Shown: positions 6,811 through 16,436 of the stretch, in pieces | How the letters are laid out: each line of letters starts with the position of its first letter | Position numbering within the stretch: position 1 is the stretch's first letter | Source: Coprobacillaceae bacterium | GTDB lineage: Bacteria; Bacillota_I; Bacilli_A; Erysipelotrichales; Coprobacillaceae | DNA: 32,000 bases | Direction: 5' to 3' | Assembly: GCA_963675515.1 (NCBI GenBank) | Contig: OY776328.1 | Span: 2,670,001 to 2,702,000 of the forward strand | Notes under the pieces: model-generated | What the model was told of the DNA's origin: nothing | Database searches by the model: none | Seen by the model: the letters and a program-made list of their open reading frames with translations, nothing else | Position numbers and translations under genes: made by a program

Positions 6811-8276
6811 GAGTTTCCTTCGTGTAATTCCAGTTTCGCAATCAACTGTTCCATTTTCTTTGCGGTCAACGGGTAATCTACGGAGTGGCTGATCACACTC
6901 TCAAGTGACTTGTCGATGTGGCTTTTCGCATTAATCAGCACGATAGGCACCTGAACTCCAAGATGGCTGTCTTTCAAATCAGCGATCATCAAATGATGTT
7001 CAACCGTCAGCTTGTGATGATCGAGCACCAAAGCCTTGATATTGTCGTCGCCCTGTTCGATGATCTCCACAGCCTGTCTCCAAAGGCTCGGGTTGAGACA
7101 TTCATATTCGCTCACACCATTGAAAATCTCGATGGCCTCCTGATCGCAGTCGAACAGGATCATCTTATTTGACGGCATGAGATCTGCGATATGTTTCACA
7201 AGGAATCCGCTCAGGCCTTGTTTGTTCATATACATCACCTTGTCAGCAAACTGGTACAGGAGCTCGAACCTGACAGGTTCAGGGTTAACCAGAACCCCAC
7301 CCAAAGAAAGGCTGACCCTGATATCGAGTTGATCGGCCACTGCTTCTTTAACAACCTGGCGAAGATGATGAAGCTTCTTGTTGACCAGATCAAGATTGTC
7401 AATATCCTTGAGGAGCACCAGAAACTCGTCTCCGCCGATCCGGCCGATTATATCAGTATCCAGAAACACTTTTTCAAGCTGCTCGCCGACATTCTTCAAA
7501 ACCATGTCGCCCTGATAATGGCCAAAACTGTCATTGATGTTCTTGAAGTTGTCGACATCGATGATTACCATGGCACAGCCCGCTCCCTCCCGATTCGCCA
7601 GATATTCCCTGCAGGCATCCTCGCAAGGTCTTTTGGCCAGTATTCCGGTCAGATCGTCATATGAAGAAAGCCTGATATAGTGGCTTTTCAACATGAACTC
7701 CTTGTATCGAAGCTTGTTGACAATCAAAAATACCACAACCGCAAGAAAATAACCCGAGATGACCATGAAAAGGTCTTCCCCGATTACGCCATCCGCCTTG
7801 AAAGTGAAAGTCATGCATATATATGAAATCAGAATCCCGCTGAATATCGCAAATGCCTCCAGCAGTGAAAAGCTGAACAAAGCCGCACTCAAAATCATCA
7901 TCGAAGCCATCAGCGTTCCCGGCTTGTCAGGATAGGGAACGGTATTTATATAAGCAATCAGGATCAGCGAAATGAATGTGTAGGTTGCAGTGATAAACCT
8001 GATCAGATTCACATTCTGATTTACGACTTTTATCAAATGCCTGGAAAGCAACATAAAAAAGAGATAATTGCCCATGATAAATAAATGCCCGATGGAAATG
8101 AACCACCCAGGTATCAAAATTGGCGTCAAAAGACACAAAGCGATTGTGATAACAAGACCCAAGCCGCTTGACTGATGGACGACTGCCAGGTTGGTTAAAG
8201 CATTCAGGTCCCGACTTCCCTGGATCAGAGCCTGATTTTGAATGAATGGCGCTCGCAACATATCCTTGATTTTCAT
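6807..8276 (-). CDS. Membrane diguanylate cyclase (multi-TM N-terminal domain, GGDEF domain, C-terminal receiver-like domain)
   Basis: 489 aa. About 190 aa of hydrophobic helices are followed by DDLTGI...IDVDNFKNINDSFGH..GD.VL...RIGGDEFLVLL (an intact GGDEF). The C-terminal roughly 115 aa resembles a CheY-like fold. Confidence 0.85.
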   Translation of the reverse strand: MKIKDMLRAPFIQNQALIQGSRDLNALTNLAVVHQSSGLGLVITIALCLLTPILIPGWFISIGHLFIMGNYLFFMLLSRHLIKVVNQNVNLIRFITATYTFISLILIAYINTVPYPDKPGTLMASMMILSAALFSFSLLEAFAIFSGILISYICMTFTFKADGVIGEDLFMVISGYFLAVVVFLIVNKLRYKEFMLKSHYIRLSSYDDLTGILAKRPCEDACREYLANREGAGCAMVIIDVDNFKNINDSFGHYQGDMVLKNVGEQLEKVFLDTDIIGRIGGDEFLVLLKDIDNLDLVNKKLHHLRQVVKEAVADQLDIRVSLSLGGVLVNPEPVRFELLYQFADKVMYMNKQGLSGFLVKHIADLMPSNKMILFDCDQEAIEIFNGVSEYECLNPSLWRQAVEIIEQGDDNIKALVLDHHKLTVEHHLMIADLKDSHLGVQVPIVLINAKSHIDKSLESVISHSVDYPLTAKKMEQLIAKLELHEGNS

Positions 8277-8410
8277 AGACTACCGTCTCCCTTGATTAAA
8301 TAAACAGCTTGAACATTCGCCAATATTTACTAGACTGATGTCACTTATTATGAAACTTAACGTACCGCTCGATAAATTTGGTTACATTATACAACTTTTA
8401 CTTTTAGTTT

Positions 8411-8560
8411 ACCAGTGTAAAATAACTTGAACCTCCCATGACTCAAGTCACGAGATTCTTGGGATGGAGCTTACTTGAGTATGGTGCATCCACCATACTG
8501 TGCGGTTTCTCTTATTTACCAAGCTATCCCCGTAGTCCCTACGGTTTAGTTGTTATCTAT
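8411..8560 (-). ncRNA. Candidate orphan omega (re)RNA module of the deleted IS605 copy, including the putative guide at 8426-8411
   Basis: The same right-end hairpins as the full copy are present: CCGTAG/CTACGG at 8528-8543 and a 9-bp stem at 8478-8499 with a compensatory base-pair change. The sequence 3' of the right end is GTTATTTTACACTGGT. Confidence 0.4.
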
Positions 8561-9252
8561 GTTGATGCTATTATGCGTAGTCCTTCTTTCAGGATGTTCT
8601 TGCTCGCATTTATGTCCCTGTCATTGGTCGTGCCACATTTTGAACATGTCCATTCCCTGATGTGGAGTGGGTTTTTTCCATCCTTGTAACCACATTTGTG
8701 GTATATCTGACTTGACTCCACCTTGATGATTTCTCTGCCATACCATTCAGCCTTGTAGATAAGCTTATCCACAAATTACCTTTCCATAGACGGCTTTTAA
8801 GCTCAGGATGTTGCTTGAACAGGAATCTTGCAGATAACCATTTGAATGCTTTTACCATACTGGGAATATGGTGTTGGGGCTTGCAATCGATAAGCAAGTG
8901 GATATGGTCCTTATCCGATTCCATTTCAACGATATTTATGTCATTATCAGCTGCAATCTTAGTCAACAATTTCTTAACATCATCACCAACTTGACCAGTC
9001 AGAATATCTTGACGGTATTTCACACACCATACCAGATGGTATTGAATCGAATAGACATAACCACGCCCGCAATTAATATCAGCTATAATAATCAACTCAT
9101 ACACATTTAACATATGGTTGCTAAAAAATACAGTTTCAAAACACTTTTAGCTAGAAATATTTGATAATATAAGTAGCTTATCTATCGCATTTTGGAAGAT
9201 GCACACCTGATCGATTCATCTCCATGACTAAAGGAACGAGTGTTCTCGACCA
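8427..9252 (-). mobile_element. Internally deleted, non-autonomous copy of the IS200/IS605 element, inverted relative to the full copy
   Basis: The left end (9252 downward) and right end (down to 8427, ...GGGAGGTTCAA) align base-for-base by eye with 19851-21701. About 1 kb between tnpA codon ~105 and tnpB codon ~305 is missing. Confidence 0.8.
8557..9113 (-). pseudogene. tnpA'-'tnpB fusion remnant: truncated Y1 transposase fused out of frame to the TnpB C-terminal fragment
   Basis: ORF 8610-9113 follows TnpA (6 differences in 105 aligned residues) up to RLWKGNLW, then reads an alternative frame of tnpB. ORF 8557-8772 is the TnpB C-terminus ([11 protein letters not shown]...[22 protein letters not shown]). 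The tnpA ATGATG start and GAGGTGA ribosome-binding site are mutated to ATTATA and GAGTTGA. The catalytic-Tyr helix is lost. Confidence 0.85.
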
Positions 9253-9260
9253 GTTAATAA

Positions 9261-9289
9261 AAAAGCCAAAAAGGTGGTCAAAGACCACC
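9261..9289 (-). terminator. Intrinsic terminator of the PTS/bgl operon
   Basis: Minus strand: GGTGGTCTTTGACCACC hairpin directly after the TAA stop (9290-9292), followed by TTTTTGGCTTTTTT. Confidence 0.7.
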
Positions 9290-10774
<1,485 letters not shown>

Positions 10775-10892
10775 TTATTCTTCCTCCATCGTCAAATTTT
10801 TCCTTTTTATCTGTAATAATAACCCCATAGAAAATTGGAGCCCTTCGCTTCATAGAAAAGCACCAACTATAAAGCTGGTGCGTTTTTCTTAA

Positions 10893-12209
10893 CTAGTTTG
10901 CAGCCAATTCCAATTCAGCCGCTTCAGCTTCTTCGGCCGCCTTTTCTTTGGCAACCAGTTGTTTCTCATAGATTTTGAAGAATGGATACCATACCAGCGC
11001 AGATGGAATAAGCATCAGATAGTCCCAAATCGCATTTTGCCATCTTAAAGTTGTCAGATATTGACCGAATCCCATTGGCAACATCGCCATAACCAGGATC
11101 CAAGCCGGTTGCAGGAACCCAATCTGGTAGCCAAGATAAGTCAGCAACAAAATAATCGGGATATTCAACACATAAGGAATGCAAAGGATCGGATTGTACA
11201 TGATTGGCATCCCGAAAGTCATCGGTTCATTGATACCGAACCAGCCAGGAACTGCGGAAATTTTAGCTACCGCTGAAATCTGTTTAGATTTTGAGCGAAG
11301 ACCCATCAAAGCCAAAGGAAGAGTGTTTCCAGTCCCCCCGCACATCGCCATTGCCCCAAACAAGGCTACTGGATAGAACACCAACGGTTCACCAGCCGCA
11401 TGAGCTGCCGCATTGGCCATTGTCGCCTGGATTGCCAAAGGCATGATGATTGGAACGATGATCATGGTGCCATGAATACCAAAACACCATAACAGAGCCG
11501 CAAAAACAGTAAGGATGAACATACCTGGAACTGAAGTCAAGGCATTCAAAGGAGTTCCCAGCACATACATGAACCCAGAAGGCACATTGAAGGCACCGGC
11601 AGTTCCAAGATCAATTGCAGCGGCGATCACTTGGAGCACTACAACACTGAAGAACAATGGCAGGATTGAAGAGAACCCGTCTTGCAGGAACGGTGGCACC
11701 ACATCAGGCATTTTGATGCGGATATTGTGATCGGCACAGAATTTTTCGATATGAACTGAAATAGCCACAACGATGAACCCAACGAACATCCCTTGAGCTC
11801 CGATATAAGTCATATCGATGGCGCTTATCCCGGCTTCAGTTGTAACGATTGTCCCAGCCACCAACAGGAAGCAGATCAGCGCATCGATGGCGTTCATAAC
11901 TGGTGATTTCATTCTCAGATTCTTCGAGTAGTTATAAGCAAACAGCGCCACAACCCATAAAGACAGTGAGTTCATTGTGAAATTGTAAGGCATGTAGATG
12001 ATTTGGTAGATCTTGCTGTCTGATGTGAACAGTCCCAGCATAGTTTCTCCACCGACCGCAGTGATAATCTGGGAAATGGCACCAACCATGATTACCCCCA
12101 TCAATCCCATCATTGAAGCTTGCAAGGCACTTAAAAACTTGTTACTCCCTAATTTTTGGCCAAAATCCTGAAGCTTCATCATGGCCGGGCTTTGAAATAA
12201 TTTTTCCAC
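10893..12209 (-). CDS. PTS lactose/cellobiose-family EIIC permease
   Basis: 438 aa polytopic protein with the typical EIIC(cel) N-terminus (M..L....KLG.NK.L.AL....M..M), between EIIB and GH1. Confidence 0.9.
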   Translation of the reverse strand: MEKLFQSPAMMKLQDFGQKLGSNKFLSALQASMMGLMGVIMVGAISQIITAVGGETMLGLFTSDSKIYQIIYMPYNFTMNSLSLWVVALFAYNYSKNLRMKSPVMNAIDALICFLLVAGTIVTTEAGISAIDMTYIGAQGMFVGFIVVAISVHIEKFCADHNIRIKMPDVVPPFLQDGFSSILPLFFSVVVLQVIAAAIDLGTAGAFNVPSGFMYVLGTPLNALTSVPGMFILTVFAALLWCFGIHGTMIIVPIIMPLAIQATMANAAAHAAGEPLVFYPVALFGAMAMCGGTGNTLPLALMGLRSKSKQISAVAKISAVPGWFGINEPMTFGMPIMYNPILCIPYVLNIPIILLLTYLGYQIGFLQPAWILVMAMLPMGFGQYLTTLRWQNAIWDYLMLIPSALVWYPFFKIYEKQLVAKEKAAEEAEAAELELAAN

Positions 12210-12227
12210 TTTTTCTTCTCCTTTTAA

Positions 12228-12527
12228 TTAGATCTCCGCATATAATTTTTTAGCAAGTTTCATAATGTTCGGACAGTTGGCAATCGCATAATCGAAAGAT
12301 TCAATCGCAGCTGTTGGCAACCCTGTGTTTTCCTTAACGTCTTTCAAGCGGTAAGAAACCTGAGGTCCCATCATCACAATGTCGAAATTCTGGCAGACAT
12401 CCTGATACTCAGACAGACCGACCGCCTTGATTTCCAGATCCTCGCCATTTTCTTTCCAATATTTTTCCATCTTTTTCATTAAGATACTTGTTGACATTCC
12501 GCCTGCACATACTAATAAGATTTTCAT
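12228..12527 (-). CDS. PTS lactose/cellobiose-family EIIB
   Basis: 99 aa. MKILLVCAGGMSTSILMKKME carries the active-site Cys motif. Confidence 0.9.
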   Translation of the reverse strand: MKILLVCAGGMSTSILMKKMEKYWKENGEDLEIKAVGLSEYQDVCQNFDIVMMGPQVSYRLKDVKENTGLPTAAIESFDYAIANCPNIMKLAKKLYAEI

Positions 12528-12541
12528 TTTATAATTCCTCC

Positions 12542-12856
12542 CTATTTTGATTTGTAAAGCAAGATGATTTCTTTGATCAGTTCCGATGCCAGCATCGATG
12601 TCATCAGGTGATCTTGTGAATGGACAAGCAGGACATTGACATCCTGTCGGTTGCCATTGGCTTCTTTTACAAGCAGATCCGTCTGCGCCCGGTGTGCCAA
12701 GGTCGCCGCCTCTTCCGATCTTGCCAGAAGCGCTTCGGCCTCATTGAAGTTGCCGGATTTGGCTTGTTCCAAAGCTTGAAAAGCAAATGAACGCGCATCC
12801 CCCGCATTAGCTATAATTGACATTGAAACCAAATCGTTTTCAGTATCGAATTCCAT
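12542..12856 (-). CDS. PTS lactose/cellobiose-family EIIA
   Basis: 104 aa. I.NAGDARS.A..AL..AK.G.F..A..LL......LAHRAQT.L....A.G.......LLVH.QDHLMT are EIIA(lac/cel) signatures. Confidence 0.9.
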   Translation of the reverse strand: MEFDTENDLVSMSIIANAGDARSFAFQALEQAKSGNFNEAEALLARSEEAATLAHRAQTDLLVKEANGNRQDVNVLLVHSQDHLMTSMLASELIKEIILLYKSK

Positions 12857-12898
12857 TTTGTTTCCCTCCTTCTTAGTTGCGTTTGTTAAGCTGTCTAA

Positions 12899-12927
12899 AT
12901 AATATTACACAATAGCCTAACTGTCAA
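12899..12927 (-). promoter_or_regulatory. Candidate sigma-A promoter of the PTS operon
   Basis: Minus strand: TTGACA (12927-12922), 17 nt, then TATTAT (12904-12899), about 45 nt upstream of the EIIA ATG. Confidence 0.45.
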
Positions 12928-12937
12928 AGCGCTTTCT
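12924..12937. promoter_or_regulatory. cre-like (CcpA) catabolite-responsive element overlapping the -35 box
   Basis: TCAAAGCGCTTTCT matches the ideal palindrome TGAAAGCGCTTTCA at 12/14 positions, with a perfect AAGCGCTT core. Confidence 0.45.
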
Positions 12938-13304
12938 TCTTGTGTTTTTTCCGCTTTATACAGTAAGCATTCTTCATTATTACACGCTTACAAAAGCGAG
13001 TGTAATATTTTTTCGGTTTTGGAAAAGTATTAAGGCTTGTGTATATACATTATCCCCAAACACAAATTAGTGTTTAATCCATCGATTTGAAAGTATCAAA
13101 AACTTTTTGGATTATTTTTTTATTATTCGTTACTTTTTGGGTGTTTATTGGTCATAATTAACCAATCACGACACTGCAATTGAATACGTTGCGCGGTTGT
13201 AACCGCTTCATTATATACACAACTAGATTATAATATTATACACTCATTCGTTATTTTTATACTTTTATCTTTCGTTTTGTAATTTGCCATGCTATAATGG
13301 TCAC

Positions 13305-13796
13305 ATGAAACTAATCAGAACCTTTCCCATCACCATTGATGAATTCTATGATTTTCTTGAAAGTGATCTTTTGGCGAATGCCGCAACATGCACGAGTCGA
13401 TCTTTAAGCGTTAACGATATTAAGAAAGGATTCAAATATTCAAAACACGACAATAACGCGCACACTCGCATTGATGTGACGATTCTTGATTACCAGCGCC
13501 ACAAGCACTATAAAAGCAAAATCAAATCAATCGCTGATACCATCACAATCGAATACGAAACCAGAACCTGCGAGAAGGGACTTGAAATCACCTTCAATCA
13601 GCACTTTGAAAGCTTCGAAACCACCCGTCACAACAAATTCATGGAGTTGTTTTCCCAAGCTGTCTATCTTGGCCGGATGACCGACACCCTTTATGACATC
13701 GAACGCAAGATCGTCAACAGGCGTGAGGGAATCACAGAGATAGTCCAACCTAGACAAACCGAGCACAAATTGCTGCGCAAACTTATCTCAAAATAA
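13305..13796 (+). CDS. DUF3284-like protein, divergent from the PTS operon
   Basis: 163 aa. MKLIRTFPITIDEFYDFLESDLL... This family commonly neighbours cellobiose PTS operons (from recollection). Start uncertain: ATG at 13305 or TTG at 13284. Neither has a ribosome-binding site. Confidence 0.55.
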   Translation: MKLIRTFPITIDEFYDFLESDLLANAATCTSRSLSVNDIKKGFKYSKHDNNAHTRIDVTILDYQRHKHYKSKIKSIADTITIEYETRTCEKGLEITFNQHFESFETTRHNKFMELFSQAVYLGRMTDTLYDIERKIVNRREGITEIVQPRQTEHKLLRKLISK

Positions 13797-13818
13797 AAAA
13801 AGCCCGAGGGCTTTTTTT
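13795..13818. terminator. Bidirectional intrinsic terminator between convergent genes
   Basis: AAAAAAGCCCGAGGGCTTTTTTT: GC stem AGCCC/GGGCT flanked by an A-run and a T-run. Confidence 0.75.
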
Positions 13819-16436
13819 CATATCTTCTTGATAATCATTATGATTGTCGCTATCTCATCATCATCGATGATTACCTTGAATGTCTTCTCGAGCGGTTTGA
13901 TGATCCTGCTTACAAGCTGGTAGTCCTCTTCGAAAACGGAGAGGATTTTGTCTTTGTCACGGTTCTTGGCCGACGACTTGCCATCAAGAAGGCGTTCCAC
14001 CAGGCAGGCAAGATGCATGAACAGCCCCCCGCGCTGATCCTCGTTGAGATTGTAGAGCAGGGAGAATTCATCTATGATATCGGGAAGGACCGATTTCAAT
14101 TTGGGAATCGAAACGTAGCGGAACTGTTCTTCCAAAAACGCATAGACCTGGCGGTAATCGAAAGTATGGGAGTTGAGCGGTTCGAACATGATGATCCGAT
14201 CGAGGTCGCTTTTGGGATTCTCGAAGATCTTGGCAATCGGGATAAACGGGATTCCAAACATCTTGGGATCGTAGGTTCCGACGAAACAGTGGATCCGGTA
14301 GGTCTTCTGCAGGGCCATAACCTCCTTGAGCAGCTCGTCTCTTGAAGAGATGGCCAAAGGAATTGTCTTGATTTTCAATTTCGAATACTGGTCGATATAG
14401 CGTTTTAACTGGATTGCCCCCCCTTCTCCGGTGTGGCATAGGGTGATGATCGCTTCGTTGTGTTTTTCCTCGTTCATGTACATGTTGTTCAACTCGAGAT
14501 TGGCCATATGGTAGACATAATCGACGTCGCTTTCCATGGCACACTTTCGAGCGATGTCTATCCCCACCAGGGTGACAGGTATATTGATGTAGCGGATTTT
14601 GACATCTATTTCCTCGGCTATGGTTTCGAGCATCGTCTTGATTGAACCCATGTCATAGATGACAATGACCCCCTGCCCCTGGTCGATTGTCTGGATCAGC
14701 TCCTTGATTTCACCCATGGCCTGGCTCGTGTCCATTCCCAATGAAAGGTCGTAGCTGTAAGTGTTGTTGCAATGGGTCAGGCTGTTGGTCACATTCATCA
14801 GCGACCGGGCTGTCATATCGCCATGCATGATGTAAAGCAGGACCGGATGGCCTTGTTCGCTTGTCTCGTCCGACTCGATCAAAAACATCGCGATCAGCAC
14901 GACTTCCTGGATCGGCAGCTCCAATTCGAGAAATTCCTTGATCAACTTGGCGAATTGGACACTGGCGGTATACTCCTGAGGGTAGTCCTGGATAATCTTG
15001 ACAATCTGTTCGTTGTCCACCCGCTGGTTTTCCAGGTTCAGTGTCAGCAGCGAATTGAGATGGAGGCAAAGCCCATAAAAAACGTTCGGCTTGAATGAAC
15101 GGTTGAGCTCCTTCTGGGTGACGTCAAGAAACTTCCGGACCATGTCGATGACCCGAGGATCGACAATTTTGGAAAGTTGCTCCAGGTTGTTCAGGGAATC
15201 CATCCCTTTATAGTAGCGGTATTTCTTGAAGAGGTTGTTGACATGGGTGTTCATCACCTTCTCAATTGAAGCATCATTGATTCCCAGGCTGGCAAGCTCA
15301 TTGTACTGGCGCTGGATTTCGATATACATCTCATCATTCAAAGGCTCATTGATGACCCCCTGCTTGTCATAGATGATCACTTCGCGTTCACCCAGCAGGC
15401 TCTCGATTTCCAGACTGTTGTATTTCAGGTTCAACAATCCCTTTTTGATCGATCCTTTGAAGTCGCTGACACAGACACAGATGTCCTGTTCATGTTCGTT
15501 AACCACCCGCATGTAGGCATTGGCGCAGGCTGATTTTATTTCCATCGCAAGACCTTTGATGTTGTAATCGATGTCCGCAAGAAGCAAGGCCTTGATCGAT
15601 TCGATCGTGACCTCGATGTCCCGTTTGGAATTGGTCGCCTCAATCTGGAACAGGTGGTTGATCAGGTCAAGACGTTCTTTCAACGGCCGGGCCTTGAGCT
15701 CGGGCAGTTCGATGATGACCGGCACCAGCCTTGCCACCGGGCTGTTTGAAGATGCGGTCGACAGGATCAGCAGGACATTGGAGCAATCATAGTAATTGGC
15801 CTGTTCGTCCAGGAATATCTGGCCGGTTTCCAGGAAGCTGTAAAGACGGCTAAGCTGCTTGGCATCAAGCAGTTCCACATTGTCGATGAACAGGATCCCT
15901 TTTTTGGCCTGGAAGAAATAGCTTTTCTGGTAATTGTCGTCAAGTCCAAAAAGCAATTCATCAAGCAATCCGATATTCTTATGATAATGGCGGCAATCGA
16001 CATAGACAAATGGGGCTTTGGCTTCGAGAACCTTCTGCTCGATGGCGAATTTGTGCATAAGTGAGGCAAAATAAGTCGTGCCACATCCGAACTTGGCGCT
16101 AAGGAGCACGTTCAGGCTGGAATTGGGATATAGAATTGCTGCCTTGGCCAGCTGGATGGCATTTTTCAGGCTGCCGTTAGACCCGATCATCTCATTGAAG
16201 CATGATTCCTCGCTGCTTTGATTCTGGCTTGAAGCCAGTCGGTAATATACCGGCCGGGTATTGGTCTTGGCCAGCTTGCCTTCCTTGACCAGCTCGTTTA
16301 ACGTGGCGGATACATTGGGGCGGTGAAGATTCAAGGCTTCGGCGATGTCCTTGGTCTGCAGGCCTTCCCGGTTCAGGCTGTCCGACAACATTTCTTGCTG
16401 GATGTATTCGAATATAGTGGTTTTTACGGTTTTCAC
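13818..16436 (-). CDS. LevR/CelR-like PTS regulation-domain transcription factor (wHTH, AAA+-like, PRD, EIIA-Man-like, EIIB-Gat-like, PRD)
   Basis: 872 aa. N-terminal HTH (DIAEALNLHRPNVSATLNELVKEGKL); AAA+-like block (LLSAKFGCGTTY...ILFIDNVELLD); PRD-like segments (YGLCLHLNSLL, GGLFMHLACLVERL); VLLYIMHGDMTARSL (EIIA-Man-type His); ITLCHTGEGGAIQLK (EIIB-Gat-type Cys). Confidence 0.75.
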   Translation of the reverse strand: MKTVKTTIFEYIQQEMLSDSLNREGLQTKDIAEALNLHRPNVSATLNELVKEGKLAKTNTRPVYYRLASSQNQSSEESCFNEMIGSNGSLKNAIQLAKAAILYPNSSLNVLLSAKFGCGTTYFASLMHKFAIEQKVLEAKAPFVYVDCRHYHKNIGLLDELLFGLDDNYQKSYFFQAKKGILFIDNVELLDAKQLSRLYSFLETGQIFLDEQANYYDCSNVLLILSTASSNSPVARLVPVIIELPELKARPLKERLDLINHLFQIEATNSKRDIEVTIESIKALLLADIDYNIKGLAMEIKSACANAYMRVVNEHEQDICVCVSDFKGSIKKGLLNLKYNSLEIESLLGEREVIIYDKQGVINEPLNDEMYIEIQRQYNELASLGINDASIEKVMNTHVNNLFKKYRYYKGMDSLNNLEQLSKIVDPRVIDMVRKFLDVTQKELNRSFKPNVFYGLCLHLNSLLTLNLENQRVDNEQIVKIIQDYPQEYTASVQFAKLIKEFLELELPIQEVVLIAMFLIESDETSEQGHPVLLYIMHGDMTARSLMNVTNSLTHCNNTYSYDLSLGMDTSQAMGEIKELIQTIDQGQGVIVIYDMGSIKTMLETIAEEIDVKIRYINIPVTLVGIDIARKCAMESDVDYVYHMANLELNNMYMNEEKHNEAIITLCHTGEGGAIQLKRYIDQYSKLKIKTIPLAISSRDELLKEVMALQKTYRIHCFVGTYDPKMFGIPFIPIAKIFENPKSDLDRIIMFEPLNSHTFDYRQVYAFLEEQFRYVSIPKLKSVLPDIIDEFSLLYNLNEDQRGGLFMHLACLVERLLDGKSSAKNRDKDKILSVFEEDYQLVSRIIKPLEKTFKVIIDDDEIATIIMIIKKI

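Noticed and set aside
12978-13018. Hairpin plus T-run on the plus strand, read as a rho-independent terminator or RAT/antiterminator
   Set aside because: No plus-strand gene ends upstream of it. On the operon (minus) strand there is no T-tract after it. No BglG/LicT-type antiterminator is encoded here. It is kept only as part of the repeated-motif observation.
12857-13283. Expected sigma-54 -24/-12 promoter (TGGCAC-N5-TTGCA) upstream of the PTS operon, given the LevR-like neighbour
   Set aside because: No acceptable GG-N10-GC match on the operon strand by eye. A sigma-A promoter fits instead. Should be re-scanned with a position weight matrix.
14013-15098. Several 100-160-aa ORFs in alternative frames or strands inside the LevR-like gene (also 15571-16084)
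   Set aside because: Fully nested in an 872-aa ORF with clear domain homology. Translations are Arg/Pro/Gly-rich or otherwise unfamiliar.
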